A program made the translations under genes and the position numbers. The notes under the pieces were generated by a model that did no database searches, was not told the origin of the DNA, and was given only the letters and a program-made list of their open reading frames with translations. Positions 35,257-48,964 of a DNA stretch of 64,000 bases are shown here, piece after piece. This stretch comes from Haliotis rufescens (lineage: Eukaryota): assembly GCF_023055435.1 (NCBI RefSeq), contig NW_025964371.1:310001-374000 (forward strand), written 5' to 3'. Within the stretch, counting starts at the first letter, position 1. Every line of letters starts with the position of its first letter.

Positions 35257-38200
35257 CCAGTTTGACTTGAATAAATTAAGCCAGGCGTTGAAGCCTGGGG
35301 AGATTTATTCGTGTGTGTATCTGTTGATGGCAAAATACATCTTGTTTTAGGGTTAAAACTTGAACTTTTCATGATTCAGCGATGACAAAAATGTGTGAAA
35401 CCGACTTGATCTTTGCCACGTGTTTGGTCATCACAGTGCTTAACAAGACGATGTGACACAAACCAGAGATTTATAAAAAATCCTTGTGCGTTAACAGTGC
35501 CAGTATCGTGATACGGGTTAAAGCCATTACTTGATGTCCTTTGCAAATCGCCAACCGTTTTCAGAGCATTTATCCTGGAAGACATGCATTGTCAGAACAA
35601 TCTGTTTCTTGGGGTATTGGCATATATCATTAACGTGCATGTTCAGAGACATAGTATCTTCAGAACGACCAGACTGAAGTCCCATCTTTTGTGCTTAACG
35701 CAGCTGAAATAGTCAGAATCGTACAATTTACTCTTCTTTCAGCAGAGATATCTTATGAATATGGAAAGAGTCTTGTCGCTTTTATTTGATATCATTGATA
35801 TCGGGGGAGGGGGTCATTGGTCCCCAGCTGCAGCATCTTATGTTTGTCGCTTATGGGTTCGATGCCTATCTTGATTGTACTTGTCATCGTACGTCAAGGG
35901 TGTGTGTCGTTTCCCGCAATATTAAACATCTGGTTTTTTTCATAATTCGCATCGGTGACATGTTAGCCAGGTATCATTGGTGTGTTGTCTCTGTGATATC
36001 GATTGATGGACAACCACAAGAAACATGAATAAGTACATATGAGCCAGATACTGTAAACATGAGATAAACATTTGCATGTTAGGGACCGACCGTTTGATAT
36101 TCCGGAATGAGCCTCGAATTTCAGTGAAAAAATACATTGTCCCAAGAAAATGCTTTAATAAAATATTCATGCTTCAGACTGTTGAAAGAAAATAAGATAA
36201 TCTGTCACAAAAAGACCATTGTTGCAAAGTGTTTATATTTAGGCTCATAGTTATAATTAGAAACACAGTATCTGGTTATGCAAATGTAGCTGAAAAAAAA
36301 TACCTACATGTAATCTCCATTCAAATCAGATAAGGGTTCTTGATAATGCTTATACTAGTATATATGAAGTTTGAGCCACATAACACCCATAACATCAGCT
36401 GAACGATCTAACCTAAATAGAACCGTTTTGACACACACTGTTGTGTTACATTCAAAGCTATGTATGTGAGCCCTTTGAGACAGGGAAGGGAGTGACAGAG
36501 AAGAACGCTGTTGACAAGGCACGCTGACCTTCTCACACACCACAGCAGGTCTGACAACAGGTAGGTGAAAGTTGAGAGGGTAACTATAAGCTGATATTAC
36601 GGAGTATGTTTTTACAGTTTGTGTCATGACATTAGAGGGATAGTGATAGAGATAGGGATTGTCCAACACGAAAACCATGGATTTAGATTCAGCTGTTGTT
36701 CTGATCGCTTGATCCAAGGCTTATCGTTGGTTGGTTCTTATTGGGGACTTGTGTTTTGAACCGGCCCCTACATAATAAAAGGCCTGCCGCTTCTTTCATT
36801 ATTGCAAAACTTCCATAACCAGCCCGACGCTTAATAAAGGACATACGGTTTACACAAAGGCTAAATAAATGCGATCATGATCTTTGTATTTCATGTTGGT
36901 GCTATTTAGACGCACATATTACCATTAATGTAAACTGTACCGTATTTAGTTAGACGTAATATCAATTCTTATTTTGATAGAATTTTACAGGCCGCTGGTT
37001 GGAGTTCTTCTGTGTCGCCTCTGACGCATATTTCTTCACGCACATTGAGTGAACGGCGGATGCTACCGCCAGGGCGAAAATGCTTACCCTTTTCGCGAAC
37101 ACCTGGTGTCAAATAGTTTCCTCAGCTATTTTGCCTTTTAAGACCGAATATTTTTCGACGGTTATTCGAGACTGGTTGATCTCTGGTGCAGACGTTTATA
37201 TTTACACAAATGACTGTGCACACAGTTATAAATCAATGCCATAAATACGTCAGGCATGTACAGTTGTATATTAATCCCTAAGTAAAGTTTGCCATGGAGA
37301 ATATTACAAGTGTGAATTCTGCATTCCTAAAACTTATTTGTCCTAATAAGGGACGTCAAAGTTTAATATGAAAGGGAAAGACATTTTAAGGCGTGAGGTA
37401 CACAACAATGCTGAAAACCAATGTCAAACTACCTTCGGCTGTCTCGACAATTGGATTGTTGTGTCCACAGTGAAATATTTATGTAATCAAAACCTCAGGC
37501 ATGTTCAGTTATATATAGATCCTTCAGATCACAGTTACGTTTGCCATCTCTCAGCATTATGATTGATATTATTAGCAACGCCCCACACAGCCCTTGTACG
37601 ATGACATGACAAATCAACTGAGTCACAGAGTATGATGACCAAATGATTACGACCTCTTTTCTGACAAGTTTGTGGATTTAACCAAATGGTAAATGTCTGA
37701 GACCAGCATCACTTCGGTCTTTCCTCCAACTTAAAGCTGACACACCATGATATAACAAAGATACTGTTGAAACGGCGTCCATTCACAGTTTCGACAAGCA
37801 TGGGTGGACTAGGGGCCTTCTCTTATCCGGCATCTGGGAATGACTGTCGCTCGTTCCGATTGCATAGAATGGTATTTTAAAATTGGTATTTAATGTGTTT
37901 TGTATGAAAACGCATGAAGTATGCTCTATTGCTATCACTGGTTTTTCTCGTCCATACTCGATTATTTAAAGACTGGCGTGTTTGAACCTGGAGTGGAGTG
38001 CGACCTTAAACTAACAGATATGCAATGATTTCTTCTTTCAGTGGGGTTTCATTTGTAACCGCAAAATGCTCAATCCTCTCGTCACATCAGTACAAATGGG
38101 TGGAGTCTTTGTTGGGGCATTGCTTGGCGGACAGTCTGCTGACGTCCTCGGTCGGAAGTGGACTAACTTCGTCTGTCTGGTCCTTCAAAGTGGGTTCAAA

Positions 38201-38771
38201 CTGGTGGCAGCGTTCTCCGTCAACTGGCAGATGTTTACAGTGTTGCGTTTATTCATCGGAATGATGATTGGCTCTCTTCTGGTTGTAAGCTACCCGTACC
38301 TCCTTGAGTTCGTTGGAAGAAAATTTCGACCACTTGCATCGGCAATTCCAGTCTGGCTAACAGGTGTATGTGCATTTGCCCTGTCGAGCTGGTTGAGGCC
38401 TGACTGGTCTCATCAACACATCATATTGACTGCCCTTCATCTGCGCTTCTTCACGGGATGGTTGTTAGTATCTCAAATCGAGAGTGAGAAATTGTCAGAG
38501 CCTCCATCCAACCCACGAAAGGTTGACTGCTAAGCCTTTCATGAAATGTTTCATCATTATTATCCAAATATGTCAACATGATAGTCCTACACTATAAAAC
38601 AAATGAATTTTTGCATGAGCTTACACTTTTTGAACTGACTATGCTACCTTCAGGACATACCAATATAGTCCGATCATTTAAAGCCACATTCAGCAAAATA
38701 CCACCTATATGACAATGGCCAGTAAATGATGACAACTAGGCTACACAAAGCAGTTCTTGAGCAGTCCGTTT

Positions 38772-39262
38772 AGATCGCTTTCATGGTCTAGTGGATAGAG
38801 CTTCTACACAGAGAGCGGAAGGTCATTAGCTGCCTGCAGCGTCATAGCATAAGAAGTTAAACGATGGTAGTTGTTGTTACCCTGCCTGGCGCTCAGCATA
38901 AAGGGGATACAAACAAGGATCAGTCGGCTCGGAGTTTGCATAATTTGCCTCAGTGGAGTAACTATGTTGAACATTGGCATTGTATCTCACTGCATTGGGC
39001 TAGGGGACTAGGACGATAAAACATTAGTTTGGACCTGAACAAGCAGCCACACATACATGCACGCAGGCACGCACGAAAACACACGTACGCACGAAGTTGT
39101 CTTCTTTCTTTAATATTTCACTTGCACGTCTGTGAAAGGCTAATGTTACTTGTAAGAGGCATCCGAAGAGGTGAAGGTGTCACAATCTCACCAAAAGCCC
39201 ATTAATTAGTGCATGCATGTCACCGTATAAGTATAATAACCTTGAACGCAACTAAACCACAT
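38772..39262 (+). mobile_element. SINE family A, old degenerate copy with an internal insertion
   Basis: CATGGTCTAGTGGATAGAGC...GATGGTAGTTGTTGTTACCCTGCCTGGCGCTCAGCAT...AAGCAGCCACAC. Confidence 0.75.
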
Positions 39263-39699
39263 TCATAAACATAGCCTGTAAGGGCCCCTCTGTGTTTCAT
39301 TGTTGAATTAGGGGTATCTCAAGTTCATCAAAATTAGCGAATTTGGAAATAAAATACAAAGCCATTGTTAATGCTTTTCACATCCCTATTCCCTAACTAT
39401 TGGACACTGCCAGCTTTGTCCCAGAGAGTCTGCGCTTGTTGGCTGTAAAAGGGCGGACTGATGAGGCTGAGAAGATCGTGGATCAGATGAGTGGATACAA
39501 CAAAAGAGGGAAGCTCACAAACACACTGCAGCTGCTGAAACAAGTGGCAGAAGAGGAGCAGAAACTGAGGGCGTCTGGCAGCAAGTACATGTACCTTGAC
39601 ATTTACAGGGGCTGGAGCATCTGCTGGAAGTCTCTCATCATACAGTTCGTATGGTTAGTATAGTTAGTTGGTTTGTTGCTGACAAACCCAGGGCCGTAA

Positions 39700-40608
39700 A
39701 TAGAGTTAATCTGGATATAGAAGCTCAGGTCCACAGATCCTGCCACAACAAAGGGACAATACTCAGAAAATTTGGGCAACTCTGATTTCTGGATAATCGA
39801 TTGTTAGTTTTAAGATGGCGCGAGAAGGGCATTAGATATGTTGTTTGTTAATTTTCAACATAGGAATTACAGTTCTCCAACTAGATTTATAAAATTATAT
39901 TTTGGCTAAAATATCTTGATGATAATGGTAACATTACATGGGCATCACATATTAGAACGATTTTTTTCCAGTTTGGATTTGGTTTTGTTTGGCTAAGCCA
40001 AGACATTGGAAATATTCAACATTTTATGACAGATTTTAAACGAAGATTTTACGACTGCCTCACTAAATATTGGCACTTTTCCCTGACATCATCAACGGAA
40101 ATCCAATTACTAGTCACAGTTAAACTCATTACTAAATGTGGAGTCATATGTTACTTGTGATATTACTTCTTACCAACGTTGACTTATAGCCATGTTCCGG
40201 TGTAATAATTTCAGACTTGCTGTTGAACTTGGGCGTCACAACAACGCCCCATATAATGAACGTGTCTGCACTTTCTGTTTTTCAAAGGGACATAACCATG
40301 TAGAAGATGAATTCCATGTTCTTATGATTTGTGACCAGTATTCTAGAGCAAGAAGAAACTCTTTTCCCCAGCGTCTCGTTACCCCTCCCTCTATTGAGAA
40401 TTTTATAAGACTTATGTCAGCTGAAAATGAACAAATTGTTAAAGGCTTCGGTAAATTTCTCTCCCAAGTCATGAACATTGAACTGAAACACAGTGTTAAA
40501 CGGTGAATCATTATTAAATCTACTCAGCATGCAAAATATATACAGTATATTTCCATTGTATTATGTTCCGTAGGCCTGAAGTACCGAAGAAATTTGTCAG
40601 TCTGTCTG
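39700..40608 (+). mobile_element. RTE-X-like LINE 3' end (Zn-knuckle domain and tail)
   Basis: FRCNNFRLAVELGRH...ERVCTFC...VEDEFHVLMICDQY (CCHC); TCTG-repeat tail at about 40597-40608. Confidence 0.78.
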
Positions 40609-40619
40609 ACATTTTCTAT

Positions 40620-42100
40620 TTCTTTCTTTTTCTATTCACATTTGCTCAAAACAATCTTTAGCTCTCTGGATTAATAATGACATCAACATCTTGACATTTC
40701 CAACACGCTGGTCCATCCATGCATATCAAAGTGTGATTTTGATATTTGTTGCCCAACTATTTTTGCTGCGTGAGTGACTGGCATTTTGATCGAGATAGAG
40801 TGGCATGTTATAGCTATATGCGTTTACCTGGTATAGCGTGGATGGAAGAGTCGGTAGTTTTAACCAATAATTTATACAGCGCTTAAGTGAAAATTTATAC
40901 AATTGGAATCTGCCACATTCACCAAGTACAATATACCATTTGGGGTGGAGGATAAAAAAATTGAAAGTATAAATTACATTTGGGATGCAGGATCAAAAAG
41001 TTGAAAGTATAAATTACAGGGCAGACTATCATATTTTAACAATCTTTGTAGGATCGACATCAAAACTTTCTTAGCTTTAACAGTCCAACTCAAAGTCCCA
41101 GTAAACAATATTCCAAGGTAAGTATAAGATGAAACTACCTCAATATAAGATAATTTCCCACCGCTTTTAGAAACAAGAACTTTTATTTAGATTGACAGAC
41201 AGTGACCACTTGTCACAATTTGTTTCCAAAATATTGATTTGATGTTGAAGACCAGTTACTGAATCAGAGAAATGGACACCATCGTCAGCCAAAAGTATAA
41301 GGAATAATTCTATTAGATCTGGATAAAACTGGATGCCATTTTTAGATTTTGAGTTAATTTCATGAACAAGTACATTTATGAAAAAAGAGAACAAGAATGG
41401 GCTAAGTACACAACCCTGACGCACTCCAAAAGGGCAATCAAAAATACTTTTAAAGTTATTGCTATTGGTTCGTACGGGCTTTAACTGATTTGTAAATGGC
41501 TGTGAATGATTTTTCAATCTTTGATGCCCAGCCATGTTTACCAAATATCCACAAAACATGCATATAACTTTCCTCCCCTACTGTGAGATATTTTGTAATT
41601 ATAGCTTGTAAAATGAAAATATTGTCCATTGTGTAATATCCAGCTCTAAATCCTGCCTGTTCACCATAAATGTTTCCCATTGCATCTGACCAAAACGTTA
41701 ATCTGCAATTAAGAACCATGGTATATAATTTTCCAAATCAGCTCAGTACAGATATCCCCCAACATTATCCTTATCACCCTTTTTATGCAATGGAACAATG
41801 ATTGTTTTTGACCATTTCGAAGGTAAAAACCTTTATCATGTAGAGAATTGCACAATACAAGTAAATATGGAATAAGAATATTATCTGAAAATTGAAACAT
41901 TTCTCTAATTATATAATCTGTTCCAGCTGCTTTATTACATTTCAACGAATCTTCTCTTGTATTTCCTCACTGCTGATAGGGGCATTAGATATATCATCAG
42001 TGACAGACTTGGCCCAATAAGTACCAGTATATTCATTCGATAGTACACTTTCAATATTCAAGGTGTGTGTATCCTCTTCATAAAAAGTAGACATGTCTTG
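40620..42100 (-). mobile_element. RTE-X-like LINE RT fragment (a second, different copy)
   Basis: KCNKAAGTD, EQAGFRAGYYTMDNIFILQAII, GVRQGCVLSPFLF, LLADD, WSLSVNLNKS. Confidence 0.82.
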
Positions 42101-44368
42101 ATTAACGAAAACCATATTCATTAAACTTGAGTGTTGTGAAAATTTTAAAATATTTTTCAGGGCGTGACTGTCGCTTGTGTTTATGGGATATCGTTCGGTG
42201 CACTTGTATCTGAACGTCTTCCTTCTGGCAGTGGTGGAAGTGCCAACTACTGTGTTGTCTTTCTTCACAAACAACAAGTAATCTCATCTACAGGTTTATT
42301 TGTTTCCATGTTATTTAACGCCATATTCAGTTTATTCCAGCTATATGGCCGGTACATCGATCCTGGCCCAGATTACTCAGTGACTGATATTATGGAACTT
42401 GGTCCACACGGTCGGGTGCGAAGACTTCCTGTTAACCAAGTTAAGGAGCCTGACCACCCGATCCATGAGTCGCTTTGTCAAACAAACACAAATTGTTGGC
42501 AATGTATTCTGAACCTGACTCGTAGCAACGGGTTTCCAGTCGTGTAAGGCACAACAATTCGCTGTGCAGAGTTGCGTCCCCTGGGCACGCCAGAACCCTA
42601 TGATCATGGGTTCGAATCCCGTTTCGCCCTGGATATTTTTCGTTGTTTGTCAGCACCCTCTCTGTGTTTGTGGGTTTCAGTAAATTGTAAACGTATGAGA
42701 CATGCATCAATTCAGACTTTCCTTCAACATCAAGCTGACACGCCGTGATATAACTGGAATACTGTTCAAAGTGGTGTTAAACCCGACTCTCTCACACACC
42801 TAAATCTAAATTCCCATGGGTATCATCACAAGATAAAACTGTTTCTTGATCACTCATCAACCTTGATGCTTATGTTTTTTTAGATTTGGTAGAAAATGGA
42901 CAGCTGCTGGTATATTTGCTGTAGCCTCTTCCGCAGATTTTGGTGTTGCAATTTTTTCGAAAACAGGTGTTGATTTGTAACGGTAAAGTTCAGCTATCAT
43001 ACAGCCCTTGATAATTGCCAAAATTGTGATAATGTATTTTCAATGTTTTGTTTACATTTTCTACAGAAATTTGGGTTACAGAGCAGCTAATACGGCAGCC
43101 CGAGTTAGCGGCATGATCGCTCCATACATATTTGCAGGGGTATGTCCATTGTTCAATGAAGTCCTTTGAACCACTTCCGTGAGGCTATTTACTGACTAAG
43201 ACGTCGGACATTCTTATCAACTATAACCTCCTTCGTACAGAAGGGGCAAAAAACGCAATTCGTTGTGCAGAGTTGTGTTCCTTGGACACGCCAGGAACTT
43301 AAGATCCTAGGTTTGAAACATGGTTTGCCCCTATTATTTTTCTAGGTTCGTCAACTTGTGGTAAACGACTCAGACCTGCATCACCTCGGGGTTTCCTCCT
43401 ACATTAAGCGTTGTCATATAACTGGAATACTGTTGTAAGCAGAAGTCACTCTTCCGAGTCTAGTTATGAAAGTGACATTTTGTTTTGCGTAAGATCTAGT
43501 AGTTCTATTTATATGGTGTTGATGAACTGAAATGACAATTGGTATTCAGGCTTTTTTAATTTGGAATGATATGAATGATACTCAGCTCCGTCACCAGGTG
43601 ACTGTCATTCCATTTTGACATAGGAAAAAGGCTGTTGAGGGGTAAAACCAACACTTGAACGTTGCATGATTCAGTGATGGCGAAAATGGGCGAAACCTAC
43701 TTGAATGAAAGCATCTCTGTGTGTGTCATGGTTCTGTGTCAGCAATGTTCTTGACAATGTTTAATGTTCACTGACTAATAATTCAGCTCTTACATACCCC
43801 ACTCACCACGTGCTCCTACAGCTGTGCCTTCTCCTGCTTCTGATCACACTGACCAATCATCTGTACTCTCTACTAATCCCTTACATGGTAGTGCTCCTCC
43901 ATCTTGGCCCGTGGCACCGGGTGATCACAGTGCTGCACAAGACGATGTGACACACACAGGGAATTTATTAAGATTAATGATGCCAGCATCGTGTTACGGG
44001 TTATAGCCATTACTTGATGTCCTTTGCAAATCGCAAAGTGCAAAAGAGGGCATTTTTCCTGGAAGACATGCATTGTCTGTAAACTGAATTACGTGAAATG
44101 AAATGTTATTGTTCGCATGATTGAACATTATTAAAGCTGTAGCATGGCAAAAAGTAGCCAGAACAACCTGTTTCTTGCGGTGCATGCACATATCTGACAT
44201 TTTGTATTTCCTCAACTATACAATGACTATGACGTGTACACAGTTTGTACGCTACCATAATTTAGGAATATAATAGGGTGCATTCGATATTGATCAATGT
44301 TGCTTGTACACATTATCAAATGCACTTCAATCAAACTAAGTAGGTAGGACTGTAATATACTGTAAATA

Positions 44369-46331
44369 TACTGTGCTGCAAAAGAAACGTCACCCCAAGT
44401 AACATTGCATGAAAAGTTGTCATTTAGATAGCCGGGCATTTTTTGTCCAAGTTTCTAAAATTTAACATTTCCTTGTCCGGAAACATGAAATTTCATGTTA
44501 GAAAACAAAGTACGCATCACGGCAACGGCCATGGTAACCAGATGTACGTGAGTTCCGTTGAAATGCACATGCATTCCCCCATTTCTTGCCCTTATAAAAA
44601 TCCACCCAGATCGGATAACATTTATTCGTTATTGAATTGCTACCACATGCCAAGACTGACAAGAAATCAGCGACACCAAGCCCTTGGACTATTGCAAGCT
44701 GGACAAACCACCCGGCAAGTAGCCAATGCATTTCAAGTCCACGTAAGGACCATATAAAGGCTCCAGCAACGGTACCAGACCACCAGCACTACAGATGACC
44801 GACCACGTAGTGGAAGACCAAGGGTAATCACGCGACGTCAGGATCGTCAGATTGTGCGACAGCATCTTCAAGATCGCTTTGTTACTGCTGCAAAACCACT
44901 CGACAGACCATGGGGACATACCAGCGACACATTAGTGCGGACACCGTAAGTCGACGATTGACGAGCAGACACCTCCACTGTCACAGGCCACACCGAGGAC
45001 CCATTCTGACACAACGTCATCGCCGGGACCGTCTTCAGTGGGCATCACAGCACCAGCATTGACGCCACCAGCAGTGGGGAAGAGTCCTCTTCTCAGACGA
45101 GTATCTCAACAGCAGATGGCAGAGAGAGAGAGAGTCTGGCGAAGCCGTGGGGAACGTTATTCGGATGCTTGTGTCGTTGAGAGAGACTCGTGGGCTGATC
45201 CGAGCATCATTGTGTGGGGTGGAATTGGTCTTGGACAGAGGGTCGGCTCTGTGGTCTTCCAGAACATCGGTCTAGGGAGAGGCAATGGTGTCACAGCAGC
45301 TCAGTACATTGATCAAGTCTTGAGACCACACACCATACCTCATCTGGCACGTCGCCGCAACCACGAGTTTCAGCATGATAACGCCCGTGCCCACACTGTG
45401 AGATCAACAAGAGACTTTCTCTTGCAGAATGGCATCAGAACCATGCAGTGGCCTGCCCTCAGCGCCGATTTAAATCCCATTGAGCACCTGTGGGACGAGA
45501 TTCAAAGACGGTTGAATGACCTCCGACCAAGGCCGACAACTGCAGCTGAACTGCGCAAGGCGTTCCTCAGAGTGTCGGCTCATGTGCCTCTGGCCTTCAT
45601 CAACAGCCTCATCCATTCCGTGTATCGACGTTGCACGGCAGTCATCAGTGCACATAAAATCATTGTCCCCCCGAAAGAGTACGTAAGTTCCACATCATTC
45701 AAAGTACATTTGGGTTTACCCCATTTTTAATCGTAGAATATTTGTTATTTTTAATTGATAGCTACAGTTGACTATACTCGCCAGTGGCTGAAGGCATGGT
45801 GTAAATCCTGCTGGGAAGCCGTGAAGGAAGCAGAAGTATTGTAAGTCCCCACGGTCCCTAGTATGGTGGCCTACCTTTGGATGCTGGCGATCTCAAGCTC
45901 GTTTTTATCATGTATTGTTATGTATCGTAATATCATTTTATCGTCCCATACTTGTTTTAAATATGTCTGTGACACTTTAGTTATTTTACTGTCCTTTGCT
46001 GTAAGGTATTTTAGAAAGTTTACACATATTTCGTATGTATGTTTAAATTGTTGTAGTCACGATGTGGCTGAAATACTGCCGATGTGACTGTAAATCTTAA
46101 CTCACTCACTCACTCATCGGTGCACATGGCGGACACACGAGAAACTGATTTGTGACGCCATTTTCTCAGAGATTAGTTAAGTGTTTAACTTTAAGAACAT
46201 CACACACTTTAATTTCAACCTTGATGATCAGTTTCATCTTTTTAATATGTCTCAAAGTATGTTTACAGTGTTTGGACAAATAAGGTTTCTAATGTATCTA
46301 TCCATGGTGACGTTTCTTTTGCGGTCAAGTA
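44369..46331 (+). mobile_element. Tc1-family DNA transposon (disrupted transposase 44647-46148)
   Basis: TIR TACTGTGCTGCAAAAGAAACGTCACC / GGTGACGTTTCTTTTGCGGTCAAGTA with TA TSD. MPRLTRNQRHQALGLL, RPRSGRPR, IIVWGGI, FQHDNARAH, WPALSADLNPIEHLWD, GGHTRN*. Confidence 0.93.
45656..46113 (+). mobile_element. 5'-truncated I/Nimb-type LINE 3'UTR inserted into the Tc1 transposase
   Basis: 14-bp TSD TCATC(A/G)GTGCACAT at 45642-45655 and 46114-46127. (ACTC)n tail. Its 5' part is homologous to the 3'UTR of the LINE at about 21870-22010. Confidence 0.88.
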
Positions 46332-46486
46332 TATTATAACACTATCACAACATAATGTACAATGAAGTGAGTGGTATTGCTGTATTTAAGAATCTAGAGG
46401 CAGTAGTTATTGACATGCACGTCGCTATATAAGTGCAATAAACGCGACGTTAAACCCTATTTCACCTCTGTCTGTCTGTCTGTGGA

Positions 46487-46904
46487 TAGAACCGTCTTGA
46501 CAACGCACACACTGTTAAATTCAAAGCGATGTATAAAGGACATCTGATCCTTTGGGGGCCTCAAGAGAACACTGTCATCATGACACGCTGACCTTCTCAC
46601 ACACCGCAGCAGGTCTGAATGAAGGTTAAGAGCACAGCTATTAGCTCATATTGCCAAGCACGTTTCAAGATTTGTGTCATTTTTAGCCTCTGTTGCAAAC
46701 GGTTATGACAGTTGTTAAATTAGTTTTAAGGTATGTATGCGATGGAGACACGTGATCACGATTCACTCTGACTATGCTTGTCCAACACAAAACCTGTTGA
46801 TCTTGTTATGATTTCTTGATTCAAGGCTTATTCTGACGTTTTGATTGCAGATTGGAGGTTCACTGTTAACAAAACTGTATATTTTCTCCGTGTGTTGTAT
46901 AAAG
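46487..46904 (+). promoter_or_regulatory. Putative promoter/TATA and 5'UTR exons of SLC22 copy C
   Basis: Homologous to 4864-5240 and 9486-9539. TATAAAG at 46532-46538. Confidence 0.55.
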
Positions 46905-48964
46905 GTGAGTAATATTTGTTTTTATTGCTTCGAAAATACTGCAAAATTGTTTCTGAATTCCCAAAACGTATTTGACCTAATAATGCACGTAAAGGTTTTA
47001 CAACACCATTAACCTCGTGCTGCGCCTTTTTCAATCAACACATGACTACCCCGTTGTTCCTTTGCAAACAGTGTAGACGCTACGGTGACAAGGATGCACA
47101 CGGACGACATCATCGAGGCCGTCGGGGGCATGTCCCGCTTCCAGATTCTCATGGTTGTCTTCATATTCGGTCCAAAGATGTTGGTGGCGTGGGGGATGTT
47201 GATGATGTCGTTTGCGGTGGTGTGTCCCGGCAACAGCGCCCTCTGTTGATGAGACCTCTGACATGAACAACGTCACATTCAAATTTTGTCCCACCTCGGA
47301 CAACATAACCTGTCAGGTTGTGTACAGCCAGGATAAAAACACTGTCGTCAGCGAGGTAGGTAACCATAATTCAGTCCCTTTTAATTTACTTATTGCAACC
47401 GTGTAACATCTAAGGCGTGGGAGCAACCCACACTTGTGTACCCCGCACCTTGTTGCCACAGGAATGAGTAGTCTGTGTGTCCTAACGCCCCATGACGACC
47501 TATATCTGAGATCACTGCATCTCCGTAATCACTTCCTGACGTCACCATTTGAAAATGTGTTGGGTCATCGGGTGAGCCGACAAACCGTTACCATGAGACT
47601 CTTGTGAAGAGTTGAAGTACGGCCCCGTCTTTTCGTCTTGTTTATCGTATCATTGTTTTGTACCATTGGTTATCATACCAAATATAAACAGCCTGATATA
47701 ACTGTTACATTTTGAGTGATGACATTCATATCTTATGGCCGCCAATTTAGTTCTAATGCGTACACCCGTCCATACTCAGCCTAGCAACATAATCAAATGA
47801 ACTTTACACCATCTGTTTATGTAAATGTATACCACAAAGATACACATGACAACGAAATAGGTGCTTGTACCTTGGTACAGTTGAACAACTAAAAACTGCC
47901 ATATTATCCTCATTACAAATTACAACAATTCCAAATTATCTCTTGCAGTGGGATCTCACATGTGACCAGAATATTATATCAAGAACATTATCACATCAGT
48001 GCAAATGGCCGGAGTGTTTTTCGGGGCATTGACAGGCGGACAGGCTTCTGATGTCCTCGGTCGGAAGCGGACTTACTTCGTCTGTCTGGTCCTACATGGT
48101 GGGTTCAACCTGATGGCAGCGTTCTCCGTCAACTGGCAGATGTTTACAGCGTTGCGTTTTCTCATCGGGATGATGATTGGCTCTCTGACGGTGGTAAACT
48201 ACCCGTATTTCATTGAGTTCGTAGGAAGAAAATGGCGACCAATTGCCTCATCATTGCCTGTCTTTGGAACAGGTGTATGTGCATTTGCCCTGTCCAGCTG
48301 GTTGAGGCCTGACTGGTCTCGTCAACACATCATAGCGGCTGCCCTTCATCTGCCCTTCTTTTCGGGTTGGTTGTAAGTATCCCAAAATTAAGCCTGAGAA
48401 ATTCAAAGAATAACATTTACATAGTGATTGCCAATATTTAAATTCTTAAAGTTTCTCTTAGGTCTTGCAACATAAATATTGATAATATAGTAAAGGCAAT
48501 TATCTAATGGTTACCAACAGAGATTCAGTCCCTTGTGCAAATAAAAGTGACAAAACTCCTCCCATATACATATGATATCTCTGCAAAAAGCAAAGTCCGT
48601 TGCACAAACTCGGAATACTTCATGAACATGCGTATATTAATCACTATCAAACAGGGAAGACACCAGATGTTTGCACTACAGGTGGCACTCGTTACAAACA
48701 CATGCAAGGCAAGACAACACAGGGAAAACACTAGAATATATGGCACAAGTCAATGCCACCAAATTGCACCACAGCAGCATCTTGAAAACGTTTACAGCGC
48801 CGCCAGTAAACAGGCCTATGTTTTATTTACGGAAAATTATATTATTGTGACCAAGCAATGACACAACAAAATAAAGTTCACAAAACTTTAATGCAAAAAA
48901 TATAACAAGTTTGTTGTAACAATTTACATGGAAATAGTCTAAGCCATTGGCATACCCAGGACTA

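Larger units (their letters stand above)
38042..43139 (+). pseudogene. SLC22 transporter pseudogene, copy B
   Basis: Exons 38042-38463, 39414-39653, 42161-42277 (TGA stop, -1 and -17 nt), 42884-42966 and 43067-43139. Coding exons 1, 6 and 8 are absent although their flanks align to copy A. TATA box lost. Confidence 0.9.

Noticed and set aside
39700-42100. One LINE with a twin-priming inversion
   Set aside because: Both pieces encode the same post-RT region with divergent sequence (WASHIRTIFFQFGFGFVW vs WATNIKITL..YAW), and the geometry is tail-to-tail, so they are two separate insertions.
47211-47990. Compensating frameshifts (-17 and +2 = -15) rescuing SLC22 copy C
   Set aside because: The shifted frame hits TGA at 47247, and further lesions follow (+7 in exon 3, a CG acceptor, exon-8 frameshifts).
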